From the NCBI GenBank assembly GCA_965213625.1, contig CBDBZU010000004.1:1184001-1248000 (forward strand): a stretch of 64,000 nucleotides of DNA. The letters run 5' to 3'. Each line of letters opens with the position of its first letter. Position 1 is the first letter of the stretch. Below are positions 31,134 through 39,888 of the stretch, piece by piece. A program made the position numbers and the translations under genes. The notes under the pieces are model-generated. The model searched no databases. It saw only the letters and a program-made list of their open reading frames with translations, and was not told the origin of the DNA. The stretch comes from a bacterium. Lineage in GTDB: Bacteria > UBA8248.

Positions 31134-31164
31134 GCCCGTTTCTCTCACGTGAAACGCGGCGGCG

Positions 31165-31782
31165 TCAATACTTTCGGAGCACCCCCACGACGACGCCCTG
31201 GATATGGAGGTCCGCTTCATTCACCATGATGGGCGCCATCGTCTCATTCGCAGGCTGGAGCCTGATTTGCGCGCCCTCTCTGTAGAACCGCTTGAGCGTA
31301 GCGGAATCTCCGTTCACGAGCGCCACAACGGTCTCTCCGTTCAGCGCATTGTTCCGGCTCTCCACGATCACGTAGTCCCCGTCCTGTATGTGATCCTCGA
31401 TCATCGAGTCGCCCTTCACTTTCAGGACGTAGAGGCTGCCGTCCCCCGACGACCAGGGGAGGGGGATGGTTTCGGTGTCCTCTATCGCCTCGAGCGGCAT
31501 GCCCGCCGCGATCATGCCGCGCAGGGGAAGCTCCACCCGCGTCGGTTCGGCGCTTGCGGCGATGGTGTCCGAACCCGGGACGAGTTCGATGGCCCGGCTT
31601 CTGTTCCAGCTTCTCTTGATGAGGCCTTTTTCCGCGATGTTCTGTAAGTGCTTGTGCACCGTAGCGGGCGAGGTGAGGTGGAAATGCTTTCCGATCTCCA
31701 CGATCGAAGGCGCGTAGCCGTTCGCCCCGATGAACTCCTTGATGAATTCGTAAATTTCTCGTTGCCTGCGCGTGAGGAACAT
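31165..31782 (-). CDS. lexA: SOS repressor LexA
   Basis: LTRRQREI...GYAPS..EI, ATVHKHL, Ala-Gly cleavage site IAAG.P, catalytic GDSM and ATLKR; GGGAGG RBS. Confidence 0.96.
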   Translation of the reverse strand: MFLTRRQREIYEFIKEFIGANGYAPSIVEIGKHFHLTSPATVHKHLQNIAEKGLIKRSWNRSRAIELVPGSDTIAASAEPTRVELPLRGMIAAGMPLEAIEDTETIPLPWSSGDGSLYVLKVKGDSMIEDHIQDGDYVIVESRNNALNGETVVALVNGDSATLKRFYREGAQIRLQPANETMAPIMVNEADLHIQGVVVGVLRKY

Positions 31783-31796
31783 GAAAGACCTCCCTT

Positions 31797-33176
31797 TCAG
31801 AATCGTTGGGTCGGACCCGAAGCTTTCTTTCGGATCCACGATGTAAGAATCTCCAGATGAGCGGTATGGGGGAACATATCGAATACGTAAGCGGACTTCG
31901 CGTGATAGCCGCTTGAAGCGAGTTCACGGGCGTCGCGCGCGAAGGTGGCCGGGTTGCAGGAGACGTAGACGACTTGGCTGGGCGCGAGCGCCTCAATCAG
32001 GGGCATGGCTTCGAGCGCGCCTTTTCGAGGCGGGTCGAGAACGACGACGCCGGGCTTCTCGCCGTCGAGTTTCGAGACGACCTCTTCTTTCGTGAGCTTG
32101 TGAGCGCTCCGGCGCAGAAAGTCCGCGTTGCCGATCCGGTTTTTCTCTCGGTTGATCCCGGCGTCGGCCACGGCGTAGGGATTTTCTTCGACGCCCAGAA
32201 CGCGTTTGGCTCTTAACGCCAGCGGAAAGGAGAAATTCCCCGCCCCGCAGTATAGATCCAGAACAAGAGCCTCATCGTTCAACCCGCAATTTTCGACCAC
32301 GCTTTGCACGAGAACTTGGTTGAGCGCCCGGTTGGGCTGAATGAAGGACTCGGGCGAAACTTCCAAACATAAATTCGGATTCTTCGCGTCTGGTTGGTAT
32401 CGCGCCTGCCACCGGGGTGGTTCGCCGGGCTTTCGTCTGCCGGCTGTGGCAAGCGGAAAGTCGTTTTCATCAGCGAAATTCTTCCAAACGCTCAGCGTCC
32501 TGTGGTCGATTTTCCGGTTTCCACGATCCCGGTGTCCCGGCGGATGGAGAAAGAGGCCTACGGCTGCCTCGTCCTCTGCTTCCAGTGCGGTGATTTCCAC
32601 GGCTTCGACTCTCCTCGTCCTGGGCTCCGCCTGGAGCAAATGCCTGATCTGCTGAAGAGCGCTGGAGATTGGTTGCTCCACCAGCAGGCAATCCTCCACG
32701 CCGACCAGACGCCGCGCGCCCGTTGCGAAAAAGCCTATCTCCGAACCCCGCACCTGAAAACGCGCGCGCATGCGGTAGCGGCTCTCGTTGCCGGGAAGCG
32801 TTACGGTTTGGGTAGGGACGCCAAGGTCTATCTTGCCGATGCGGCCGAGAGTATCGAGAAAAATCCGTTTCTTGGCCTTTATCTGGGCCGGAAGCGTGAT
32901 GTGCTGCAGGGTGCATCCCCCGCAATCGCTCCAATGCGCGCACGGGGGAGTCATTCGTTCCGGCCCCGCCCGGATGATTTTCACGAGTTCGCCGAGTAGA
33001 TACTTTCCTTTCTCTTTGACGATACGGCAGCGAACAATATCTCCGGGAGCGGTTTTGGGAATGAATATGGCGCGACCATCGAGACGGGCGACGCCCGCGC
33101 CGCCCGTGGCGATGCTTTCCACGCGAGTTTCAAAGACAGCCTCGTTTTGTTGGAAAACAGTGGCATCCACGGCCAT
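31797..33176 (-). CDS. rlmD: 23S rRNA (uracil-5)-methyltransferase RlmD/RumA family with TRAM domain
   Basis: C.HWSDCGGC.LQH Fe-S motif, SFIQPN, LDLYCGAGNF, LDPPRKG, YVSCNPAT, DMFPHTAHLE. Confidence 0.9.
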   Translation of the reverse strand: MAVDATVFQQNEAVFETRVESIATGGAGVARLDGRAIFIPKTAPGDIVRCRIVKEKGKYLLGELVKIIRAGPERMTPPCAHWSDCGGCTLQHITLPAQIKAKKRIFLDTLGRIGKIDLGVPTQTVTLPGNESRYRMRARFQVRGSEIGFFATGARRLVGVEDCLLVEQPISSALQQIRHLLQAEPRTRRVEAVEITALEAEDEAAVGLFLHPPGHRDRGNRKIDHRTLSVWKNFADENDFPLATAGRRKPGEPPRWQARYQPDAKNPNLCLEVSPESFIQPNRALNQVLVQSVVENCGLNDEALVLDLYCGAGNFSFPLALRAKRVLGVEENPYAVADAGINREKNRIGNADFLRRSAHKLTKEEVVSKLDGEKPGVVVLDPPRKGALEAMPLIEALAPSQVVYVSCNPATFARDARELASSGYHAKSAYVFDMFPHTAHLEILTSWIRKKASGPTQRF

Positions 33177-33223
33177 CGGGTCCTCATAGCAAAGAATTAT
33201 CGAAAACAACACATCTTTAATAC

Positions 33224-33238
33224 AAACAAATTACGAAT
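33224..33238 (-). promoter_or_regulatory. Candidate LexA box (GTTC-N7-GTTC type, 2 mismatches)
   Basis: Minus strand reads ATTC-GTAATTT-GTTT, just downstream of a TTGCAA -35-like hexamer ahead of rlmD-lexA-dinB. Confidence 0.35.
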
Positions 33239-33395
33239 AATATTGCAAGTCTTTTCTCGTTTTTACTTTTCGGAAGATTTCAGGCGATAATCCCTGCAAT
33301 TTCAGGTCAACAGAGATGTTTCAGGAATTAAATATTTGATTTAATAACCCGCCGACACACCAAACTCTTACATCGGCAAAAATGAGGGCAGAATC

Positions 33396-33986
33396 ATGGA
33401 AGTCACCGCAATTCGCCTCTTCTATGACAACATCCACGATTTCAAGACGACCGCTTTACACGTCGAGTCGGAGATAAAACGCTACGGCATAAGTAGTGAC
33501 AGCGATGACGCCGTGCCGGATACTGGAGGTCGCACGCACCATGACATGTGGGTGTCTATGAAGACGGTTTCCCACTTCAACCTCGGAACCGCCTTGGAGT
33601 TGATGCTAAAGTTGCTACTCTCCCTCAACAACAAACCCTTGCCGAATCACCACATCCTCACCAAACTACACGATGAAGTCCCAGATAAATACCAGAAGCA
33701 ACTTGAGTCTACTTATCAGGCAAGCAAGGGTGTTCTCCCGGACGGCTTCGAACTGATAGCGTTCTTCAATGCGGCGTCACCTACAACCGCGCCTACTCCC
33801 CCGCTAAACCGAGATATTTCGAGTCTCAGGGGGTTCTTCGAGTATTTCGACGAGGACGTAATACTGTGGCAGAAGCGTTATTCGTGGGAACTCGTCGAGA
33901 AGGGAAAGTGGCGTCATTACATCAGTGACATCTCGGTGTTCGTTGAACTCATCAACCGCGTAATGTGCGGTATCGAGAAGCGATAA
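33396..33986 (+). CDS. Hypothetical protein, HEPN-like
   Basis: HFNLGTALELMLKLLL, HHILTKLHDEV and KRYSWE follow the HEPN pattern (ELxLK...HxLxxL...RY); lower GC than flanks. Confidence 0.6.
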   Translation: MEVTAIRLFYDNIHDFKTTALHVESEIKRYGISSDSDDAVPDTGGRTHHDMWVSMKTVSHFNLGTALELMLKLLLSLNNKPLPNHHILTKLHDEVPDKYQKQLESTYQASKGVLPDGFELIAFFNAASPTTAPTPPLNRDISSLRGFFEYFDEDVILWQKRYSWELVEKGKWRHYISDISVFVELINRVMCGIEKR

Positions 33987-34119
33987 CCTTCTTGGGCGCA
34001 GCCGAGAACAGATGTACCAACACGGCGCATCAATGGCCATTTTGTAGTCAAGTATATAAATTCTTTATCTTTCGGATGGCATCCAGTTTTATCGGGAGGT
34101 CCGGCTTCTTAAGGAGGAG

Positions 34120-34848
34120 ATGAAAATGGCAACTGTTCGGTATGAGAAGGAAAACGCTCTGGGTCGCGTCACGCTCGCTCGTGGAACCGAGGCGAATCGC
34201 CTGACGTTCGAGATGATGGAGGAACTCACACAAGCCCTGCTTCAGGCGGGTGAGGAGTGCGATGTCGTTCTACTGAGTGGAGAGGGCGCGGATTTTTGCG
34301 CCGGGAGAGAGAGCGTGCGCGGCGGCGCTGGGCTGCCGCCCGTGAACGCGATAAGAGAACGCTTCCGGGCAATCGTGAAGATGAACGACGCCCTGGAGTT
34401 CTCTCCCGCCGTGACGGTGGCGGCCTTGAGAGGCCGCGCCTACGGTCCGGGGGCGGGCCTCATCAGCCGGGCGGATATCGTTTTGGCTTCAGGCACCGCG
34501 CGGATCGCCTTTCCCGAGATCAAGGAGGGCTTTCCCCCCACGGTGGTCATCAGCCACCTGGCGAGAAAGCTGGACAGGCGCCACGGCTTCGAGATGGTTA
34601 TCACGGGCCGGGAGATAGACGCCGAAGAGGGCAGGCGCATCGGCATGGTGAATCATGTGGTTGCGGATGCGGTCTTGGATGAGCAAGCCGAGCGCTTGTG
34701 CGTGGAACTGGCCGCTCTTGGCGGCGATTCACTTAAGCCCACAAAGAGTTTCTACCGATTCGCCGAGACGGCCAGACCCGAGGCGAACGCGGATCACGCG
34801 GTGAACCTCATCGCCAACGCGATACACTCAAAAGGAAACGTCGGATAG
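34120..34848 (+). CDS. Enoyl-CoA hydratase/isomerase (crotonase) family protein
   Basis: DFCAGRE, ADIVLA...AFPEIKEG, ITGREIDAEEGRRIGMVNHVV. Confidence 0.88.
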   Translation: MKMATVRYEKENALGRVTLARGTEANRLTFEMMEELTQALLQAGEECDVVLLSGEGADFCAGRESVRGGAGLPPVNAIRERFRAIVKMNDALEFSPAVTVAALRGRAYGPGAGLISRADIVLASGTARIAFPEIKEGFPPTVVISHLARKLDRRHGFEMVITGREIDAEEGRRIGMVNHVVADAVLDEQAERLCVELAALGGDSLKPTKSFYRFAETARPEANADHAVNLIANAIHSKGNVG

Positions 34849-34968
34849 CCCAACAGCCTTTGACGAATTACTTGCGCGGGCCTAATCTCGACGGACGAAT
34901 CATTATTGGTGAGGAACGGGGCGCGAGCGATCGGGCTTGTTTCATCGTTTTTTAAGGAGAACGGATTG

Positions 34969-36633
34969 ATGGCGACCATGACGGCTGGACACGCGGTGGC
35001 GGATGCGTTGGCGAAACTGGGGGTGAGGCATGTGATCGGCATGGCGGGTTCGTGCATGATCGAGATTTTGGACGGCATGTATGGCCGAGACGACATTTCT
35101 TTCCTCACGGTGCGCCACGAGCAAAGCGCTGCCCTCATGGCCGACGCCTACGCCCGGCTCACGGGAGAGGTGGGCGTGTGCATGGCGACCAACGGCCCCG
35201 GAGCCACGAACCTCGTCACCGGCGTGGCGCACTCGATGATGGCGCAAAGCCCGGTGCTGGTCATCACCGGTGCTCCCATGATGAAGGATACTTTCCGCGA
35301 ATCCACCCAGGAACTCGACCAGATCGCCATGTTCGCCCCCATGGTGAAGTGGTCGGTTCAGGTGAGAAAACCCGAGCGCGCGTTCGACGTCATCAACGAG
35401 GCCTACCATGTGGCGACCTCGGGCGTGCCCGGTCCCGTGCACGTCGACCTGCCGCGCGACGTTCTGAACGAGATGGCGGAGTATTCAAACAACGGCGCAC
35501 CGGCGCATCAGGTGCGGGCGCGGCTTGCTCCCGACCCCGAAGCGGTGGCGCGGGCGGCGGCGCTGCTTAAATCAGCCGAGCGCCCCTTGCTCATCGGCGG
35601 CGGCGGAGTGCTCTGGGACGAGGCGAGCGACGATCTGATAGCGCTTGCCGAAGCGCTCGATGCGCCCATCATGACCTCCACGGGCAGGGACGACTTGGTT
35701 CCGAACGGGCATCCCCTGTTTCTGGGTTCCATCGGGCGGGGAACGCTCCCCGAGGCGCACGCGCTTTTTGAGAAGGCGGACGTCGTGTTCGCCGTCGGCA
35801 CGAGGCTCGCGCACTCGACCACGTTCTTGCGGCCCGGTTTCTTCGGGAGCGCCAAGCTAATCCACGCAGCCGTGGACCCGCACAACATCGGCCGTAACTT
35901 CGCCACCGAGGTGGGCATGAACGCGGAAGCGGGACTTGCGCTCCAGGCCGTGCTCGGCGGGCTGGGTGAAGGGGTCGCGCGTCCCGCGTGGCGGTCGGCG
36001 GCCGCGGCGGTGCGCGACGCGCAGGAAAAACACCGCGAACGGGCTCTCGAGTACGGCGGAAAGCCCATCGACCCCAGGCGCGCGCAGATGGCCCTCGCCA
36101 GGGTACTGCCCGAGAACACCATCATCACGAACGACGCGGGCAGCGCCGCGGGCTATGTGTATGAATATCAACGCTTCGATCAAGCCAGGAGTTTCGTTGC
36201 TCCGCAGGACTTGGCGGCCATCGGCATCGGCTATCCCCTGGGACTGGGAGCCAAGCTGGCGCGTCCGCACCAGAAGGTCGTCACCATCAGCGGCGACGGC
36301 GCGTTCCTGTGCAACGGCGCCGAACTCGAGACCGCGATGCGCGAGAACCTGCCGACGGTCTGCGTCATCCTGAACAATTTCAACCTAGGCTCCGAGCGCG
36401 CCTATCAGAAGCATTTTTATGAGGGGCGCTATATCGCCGACGCCATCGGCAACCCGAGGTTCGACGAATACGCGCGCGTCTTCGGCGCGGCGGGCTACCG
36501 GGTGGAGGATCCCGAAGATCTGGAAGACGTCTATGCCCAGGCCCTCAAAGAGGAAGGCCCCGCCGTGGTGGACGTGATCATCGATCAGGACGTCTTCCCC
36601 GAACCCAGGCGCAAGGACGCCGTGAAGAATTAG
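34969..36633 (+). CDS. ThDP-dependent enzyme, sulfoacetaldehyde acetyltransferase (Xsc)-like
   Basis: RHEQSAALMADAYAR, TNGPG, ThDP motif GDGAF...LNN, GSERAYQKHFYEGRY; AAGGAG RBS. Confidence 0.8.
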   Translation: MATMTAGHAVADALAKLGVRHVIGMAGSCMIEILDGMYGRDDISFLTVRHEQSAALMADAYARLTGEVGVCMATNGPGATNLVTGVAHSMMAQSPVLVITGAPMMKDTFRESTQELDQIAMFAPMVKWSVQVRKPERAFDVINEAYHVATSGVPGPVHVDLPRDVLNEMAEYSNNGAPAHQVRARLAPDPEAVARAAALLKSAERPLLIGGGGVLWDEASDDLIALAEALDAPIMTSTGRDDLVPNGHPLFLGSIGRGTLPEAHALFEKADVVFAVGTRLAHSTTFLRPGFFGSAKLIHAAVDPHNIGRNFATEVGMNAEAGLALQAVLGGLGEGVARPAWRSAAAAVRDAQEKHRERALEYGGKPIDPRRAQMALARVLPENTIITNDAGSAAGYVYEYQRFDQARSFVAPQDLAAIGIGYPLGLGAKLARPHQKVVTISGDGAFLCNGAELETAMRENLPTVCVILNNFNLGSERAYQKHFYEGRYIADAIGNPRFDEYARVFGAAGYRVEDPEDLEDVYAQALKEEGPAVVDVIIDQDVFPEPRRKDAVKN

Positions 36634-36644
36634 GGGTCAGTTCC

Positions 36645-36826
36645 GACTGATGAAGGAGGGACTGCTTTAGACGAGACCGATGAGGGAGCGTCCAATGCGC
36701 CCGAGCCCGGCGCCGGCTTTTTCAACAACCCCCGTAGGGACAAGTCGCGACCTGTCCCCGAGCCTCCTTGAGAATTTCCCGTTCGAGGCATTTTTACCGT
36801 TGGGGCGGTTCGCGAACCGTCCCTAC
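36645..36826. repeat. Cluster of intergenic repeats: two GAYYGATGARGGAG motifs, a 21-bp repeat and two GTAG-type REP palindromes
   Basis: Motifs at 36645 and 36675; GCCGGCTTTTTCAACAACCCC 36712-36732; GTAGGGACAAGTCGCGACCTGTCCC 36734-36758; inverted GGGGCGGTTCGCGAACCGTCCCTAC 36802-36826. Confidence 0.75.
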
Positions 36827-36860
36827 CGTTTCTTTGCTTCCGCGCACCGCATCATGATGT

Positions 36861-38174
36861 CTACGCCCTATGTTCCAGCAAACGCATCCGTCCACGAAAA
36901 CCTTCCGTAACGCTCACGAATAGCGATTCGGGAAAATCAGGCGGCAGATCGTTCTCCACGCTTGAGATCGCCGCTTCTCCTCGTTCGAGAAGCTCTTTGA
37001 AAATCTCCCGTACGACGCTTTCTCCCATGTTGCAGGCCGCAGCCGTTTGCAGAAAATGGCGTGGGACAATTTCACTTACGACGTAATGGCGGTTCTTGCC
37101 GACCGCCATTGCCATCTTCATATCGCGTTGCCGGAGTTGGTGAGCATCCAAGTTCGGTTGAATAGACATCACGTCATAAAAGGGTGTCAATGAAAAACCG
37201 CCGCGGGGATGAAGGAAGAGGCTGAAGTTCTTGGCGTGTCCGTCGGTAGCGGCGAGAAGCCAGAAGACGACGGCAGCCTTCAAGATCATCTTGCGCTCGC
37301 GCGTTGGTTCGTCGCTGCTCATGAACAAATCGAGAAGTTCGGTAAGCCCTGGTCCGCCTTCGCTCTCGTATTTTTTCGCCGAGGGCACCGAAAGCGCTTG
37401 GCAGCAGTCTTCCTGCGGAAGGCGAAGGAGGCGTCCGTCCCTCGCCCAGAGTCGGTCGAAACGCTCCACGACCAGCGTTATCTTCTCACCGAACGTCTCC
37501 ATACGAGTATTGGCCGCAGGCAGGCCGAGGGTGGAGATGAGCCGCATGCAAAGATGCTCGTTCTCGACGGAAAGAGAGAGGTCTATACCGTTGCCGAGCC
37601 GCCCGATTTGCGGTTTGAGGATGTGGGTCGTCGCAGTTGTGCCTTGTGGGAGGTGCCACTTGTTTTTCCAGTACAGGAGGGCGGTCTTTTCCTGCGCGCC
37701 GGCGAGTGAAATGCGGAACGCTTCATGTGCGCCGACGCCGAGCGGATTGTTCGCCAGATTGCCAAGAATTTCTTCAATCTCATCATCACTAATGGCGTGT
37801 CCCTGCACCGAGCTTACTGTTCCGGGGTCTTCTCCTTCCGGAAGGAACTGCATGGCGCCGACGCAGTCACGGCCGACTGCGCTTAACAGATTGAAGGTAT
37901 CCGACCCATTCGCTTGGGTCCGCGCAGCCAACTTGTCACGGATGTCGAGAATGTCCGGGAGCAGATTGTCGAACACGGCTTCGACCAGCGGGCCAATATA
38001 GCGGTCTTCACGCAGCGGCAAGGAGCGTGAAACCGGAAAACTGTGATTCCATGCGAGCCAACTCTCATCGTAGCGGAAATCAATGGCCCCGCTCGCCGCC
38101 TTGCGCAACTGACCGACGAGGCGGCTGTTCAGATAGACGGCCAGTGGAGTATGAGTGCGCTTTCTTGCTGTCAG
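36861..38174 (-). CDS. hipA: HipA family toxin (Ser/Thr kinase)
   Basis: FDNLLPD, VGRDCVGA, RISLAGAQEKTAL, THILKP, VVERFDR, QEDCCQAL, TDGHAKNFS, LTPFYDVMS; start uncertain (CTG 38174 or TTG 38108). Confidence 0.93.
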   Translation of the reverse strand: MTARKRTHTPLAVYLNSRLVGQLRKAASGAIDFRYDESWLAWNHSFPVSRSLPLREDRYIGPLVEAVFDNLLPDILDIRDKLAARTQANGSDTFNLLSAVGRDCVGAMQFLPEGEDPGTVSSVQGHAISDDEIEEILGNLANNPLGVGAHEAFRISLAGAQEKTALLYWKNKWHLPQGTTATTHILKPQIGRLGNGIDLSLSVENEHLCMRLISTLGLPAANTRMETFGEKITLVVERFDRLWARDGRLLRLPQEDCCQALSVPSAKKYESEGGPGLTELLDLFMSSDEPTRERKMILKAAVVFWLLAATDGHAKNFSLFLHPRGGFSLTPFYDVMSIQPNLDAHQLRQRDMKMAMAVGKNRHYVVSEIVPRHFLQTAAACNMGESVVREIFKELLERGEAAISSVENDLPPDFPESLFVSVTEGFRGRMRLLEHRA

Positions 38175-38425
38175 AACAGCACCTCGATCTCATCACCTGT
38201 GCTTCGGCTTCGCGGACGTACGACCAGTTCCAGATCCAAAGCGGCAAGAGACGCCATCAGGGTATGAAGTCGGCTTGCCGACGAGCCGCCCTCCAGGTTG
38301 GAGATGGTGGCTTGGCGCATGTGGATTTTTTCACCGAGTCCTGCCTGCGTGAAGCCGCGCTGTTTGCGGACCCGGCGTAGGACGGCTCCTAACTGTTTTT
38401 CTGATCGGGTAACATGCTCACTCAT
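38171..38425 (-). CDS. hipB: HipB family HTH antitoxin
   Basis: QLGAVLRRVRKQRGFTQAGL...RQATISNLEGG...LDLELVVRPR; overlaps hipA; GAGGAGG RBS. Confidence 0.9.
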   Translation of the reverse strand: MSEHVTRSEKQLGAVLRRVRKQRGFTQAGLGEKIHMRQATISNLEGGSSASRLHTLMASLAALDLELVVRPRSRSTGDEIEVLF

Positions 38426-38449
38426 CTTCAATCCCTCCTCAAGTGTCAA

Positions 38450-38548
38450 TATACGTTAAGGCGTATAAGGTGTCAATATACGCTCATTCGTATATTTTAT
38501 TTTTATACGGTGGGGAGTATATTAAAAAATTATACGATATAACGTATA
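38450..38548. promoter_or_regulatory. Four HipB-type operators TATAC-N8-GTATA
   Basis: Copies start at 38450, 38477, 38504 and 38531 (27-bp period); minus-strand TTGACA at 38444-38449 and 38471-38476. Confidence 0.85.
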
Positions 38549-38585
38549 ATTTTTCTTAGTTACGGTCAATTTCGAGAAGAAGAGT

Positions 38586-39779
38586 CTACCCTCTCCCCCG
38601 AAACACCCACGCGCTGGCTGCGTAGAACCCACCGCCCAGGATAGCTGCGCCCAGAACGAACCAGCTGAGCGCCTCGAACCCGCCCCACTGAATGGCGAAC
38701 CCGCCCAGGGAGGCTCCCAGGAAGAGGCCGACCTGGTTGCTCGTCGAATAGAAGCCGATGATGGCGCCGCGCGCCTGCGGGGCGATCGATATCAGGTCGT
38801 CCATGACGGCGGGTCTGCTGAGATGGCTGAAGAATGAGAAGAGAAAGCCCGCCGCAATCGTGAACGTAAGAAAGCCCAGCCCCGAGAAGTGAAACGCCAG
38901 AAGCTCTCCCTGGAGCAGAACCAGGGCGGTGATGATGAGAAAGCGACGCCTCACCCCCGCGAGCGTGCCGCCCAGGAGTCCGCCGATGAGCGCGCCCAGG
39001 GACATCGCCGTTATCAGGCTCCCTACGGTGGAGAGGGAAATTTCGAAGGTGCGCATCAGGAAAACGGCGACATATGTCAGGAAGGCGGACGTCATGAGCC
39101 GCTCGGTGACGTTGCCGCTCATCAGCAGCCACGAGGCGCCCTGGCGCATCCAGGTGAAGCTCGCCAGATAGGAAGCGGGCGCGTCGGTCTGCCTTCCGGA
39201 GGGCAGCGAGCGGAACGTGTAGAGGGAAAGCGCGAGGCCGAGCGTGCCCGAAATCCAAAGGGCGTTTCGCCAGCCTAGGTAATCCGTCAGAAAGGCCACG
39301 CTCGGGACCCCGACGAGCAGACCCATGGCCACGCCCGCGGTTGCGAACCCGATGGCGAGGCCCCGCGCGCGGCCCGTGAAGTTGTCCCCGATAGCCGCCA
39401 CCGCCGTGGGCGGAACGAGCGCGCCGCTCAGCCCCGCGATGGAGCGCCAGATCGCCACCGCGAGATACCCGTCCGCGAACGAGGTGGCGATGCTGGAGAG
39501 CGAGAGACCCGTCATCCCGACGAGAATGACGTACTTTCTGCCGTAGCGATCCGATATGGGCGCCAGCAGGGGCGCGCCTATTCCCCAGGGAATGAAGGTA
39601 ATGGCCGCCAACTGGCCCATGGCCGAGAGGGAGAGGCCCAGGTCGCGGCCCATGACGTCTAGCATGGGTCCCAGGATGAAGGCCGTGGTGTAGGCGGTGA
39701 ATATGGTGAGAAAACACGCGAGGATAATCGGCCGGCCTTGCCTGATGCCGGCATTATCCTTGCTTGTCGTGAAATCCAT
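38586..39779 (-). CDS. MFS transporter
   Basis: About 12 TM segments; ISDRYGRK motif A; RGLAIG. Confidence 0.9.
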   Translation of the reverse strand: MDFTTSKDNAGIRQGRPIILACFLTIFTAYTTAFILGPMLDVMGRDLGLSLSAMGQLAAITFIPWGIGAPLLAPISDRYGRKYVILVGMTGLSLSSIATSFADGYLAVAIWRSIAGLSGALVPPTAVAAIGDNFTGRARGLAIGFATAGVAMGLLVGVPSVAFLTDYLGWRNALWISGTLGLALSLYTFRSLPSGRQTDAPASYLASFTWMRQGASWLLMSGNVTERLMTSAFLTYVAVFLMRTFEISLSTVGSLITAMSLGALIGGLLGGTLAGVRRRFLIITALVLLQGELLAFHFSGLGFLTFTIAAGFLFSFFSHLSRPAVMDDLISIAPQARGAIIGFYSTSNQVGLFLGASLGGFAIQWGGFEALSWFVLGAAILGGGFYAASAWVFRGRG

Positions 39780-39888
39780 GCGCGCTCCTGGGCTCGGGAT
39801 GGCCGATTCAGGCTTATCCTTCATACCGGGCCATCCCGCAAGCCCGGAGGCAGACTTGCGATTCTTCCCGTTCAGCCTCGGTCCCTGC

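Noticed and set aside
38450-38548. Mini CRISPR array (27-bp periodic repeats)
   Set aside because: Variable parts are only 8-9 bp, no cas genes, and the pattern fits HipB operators.
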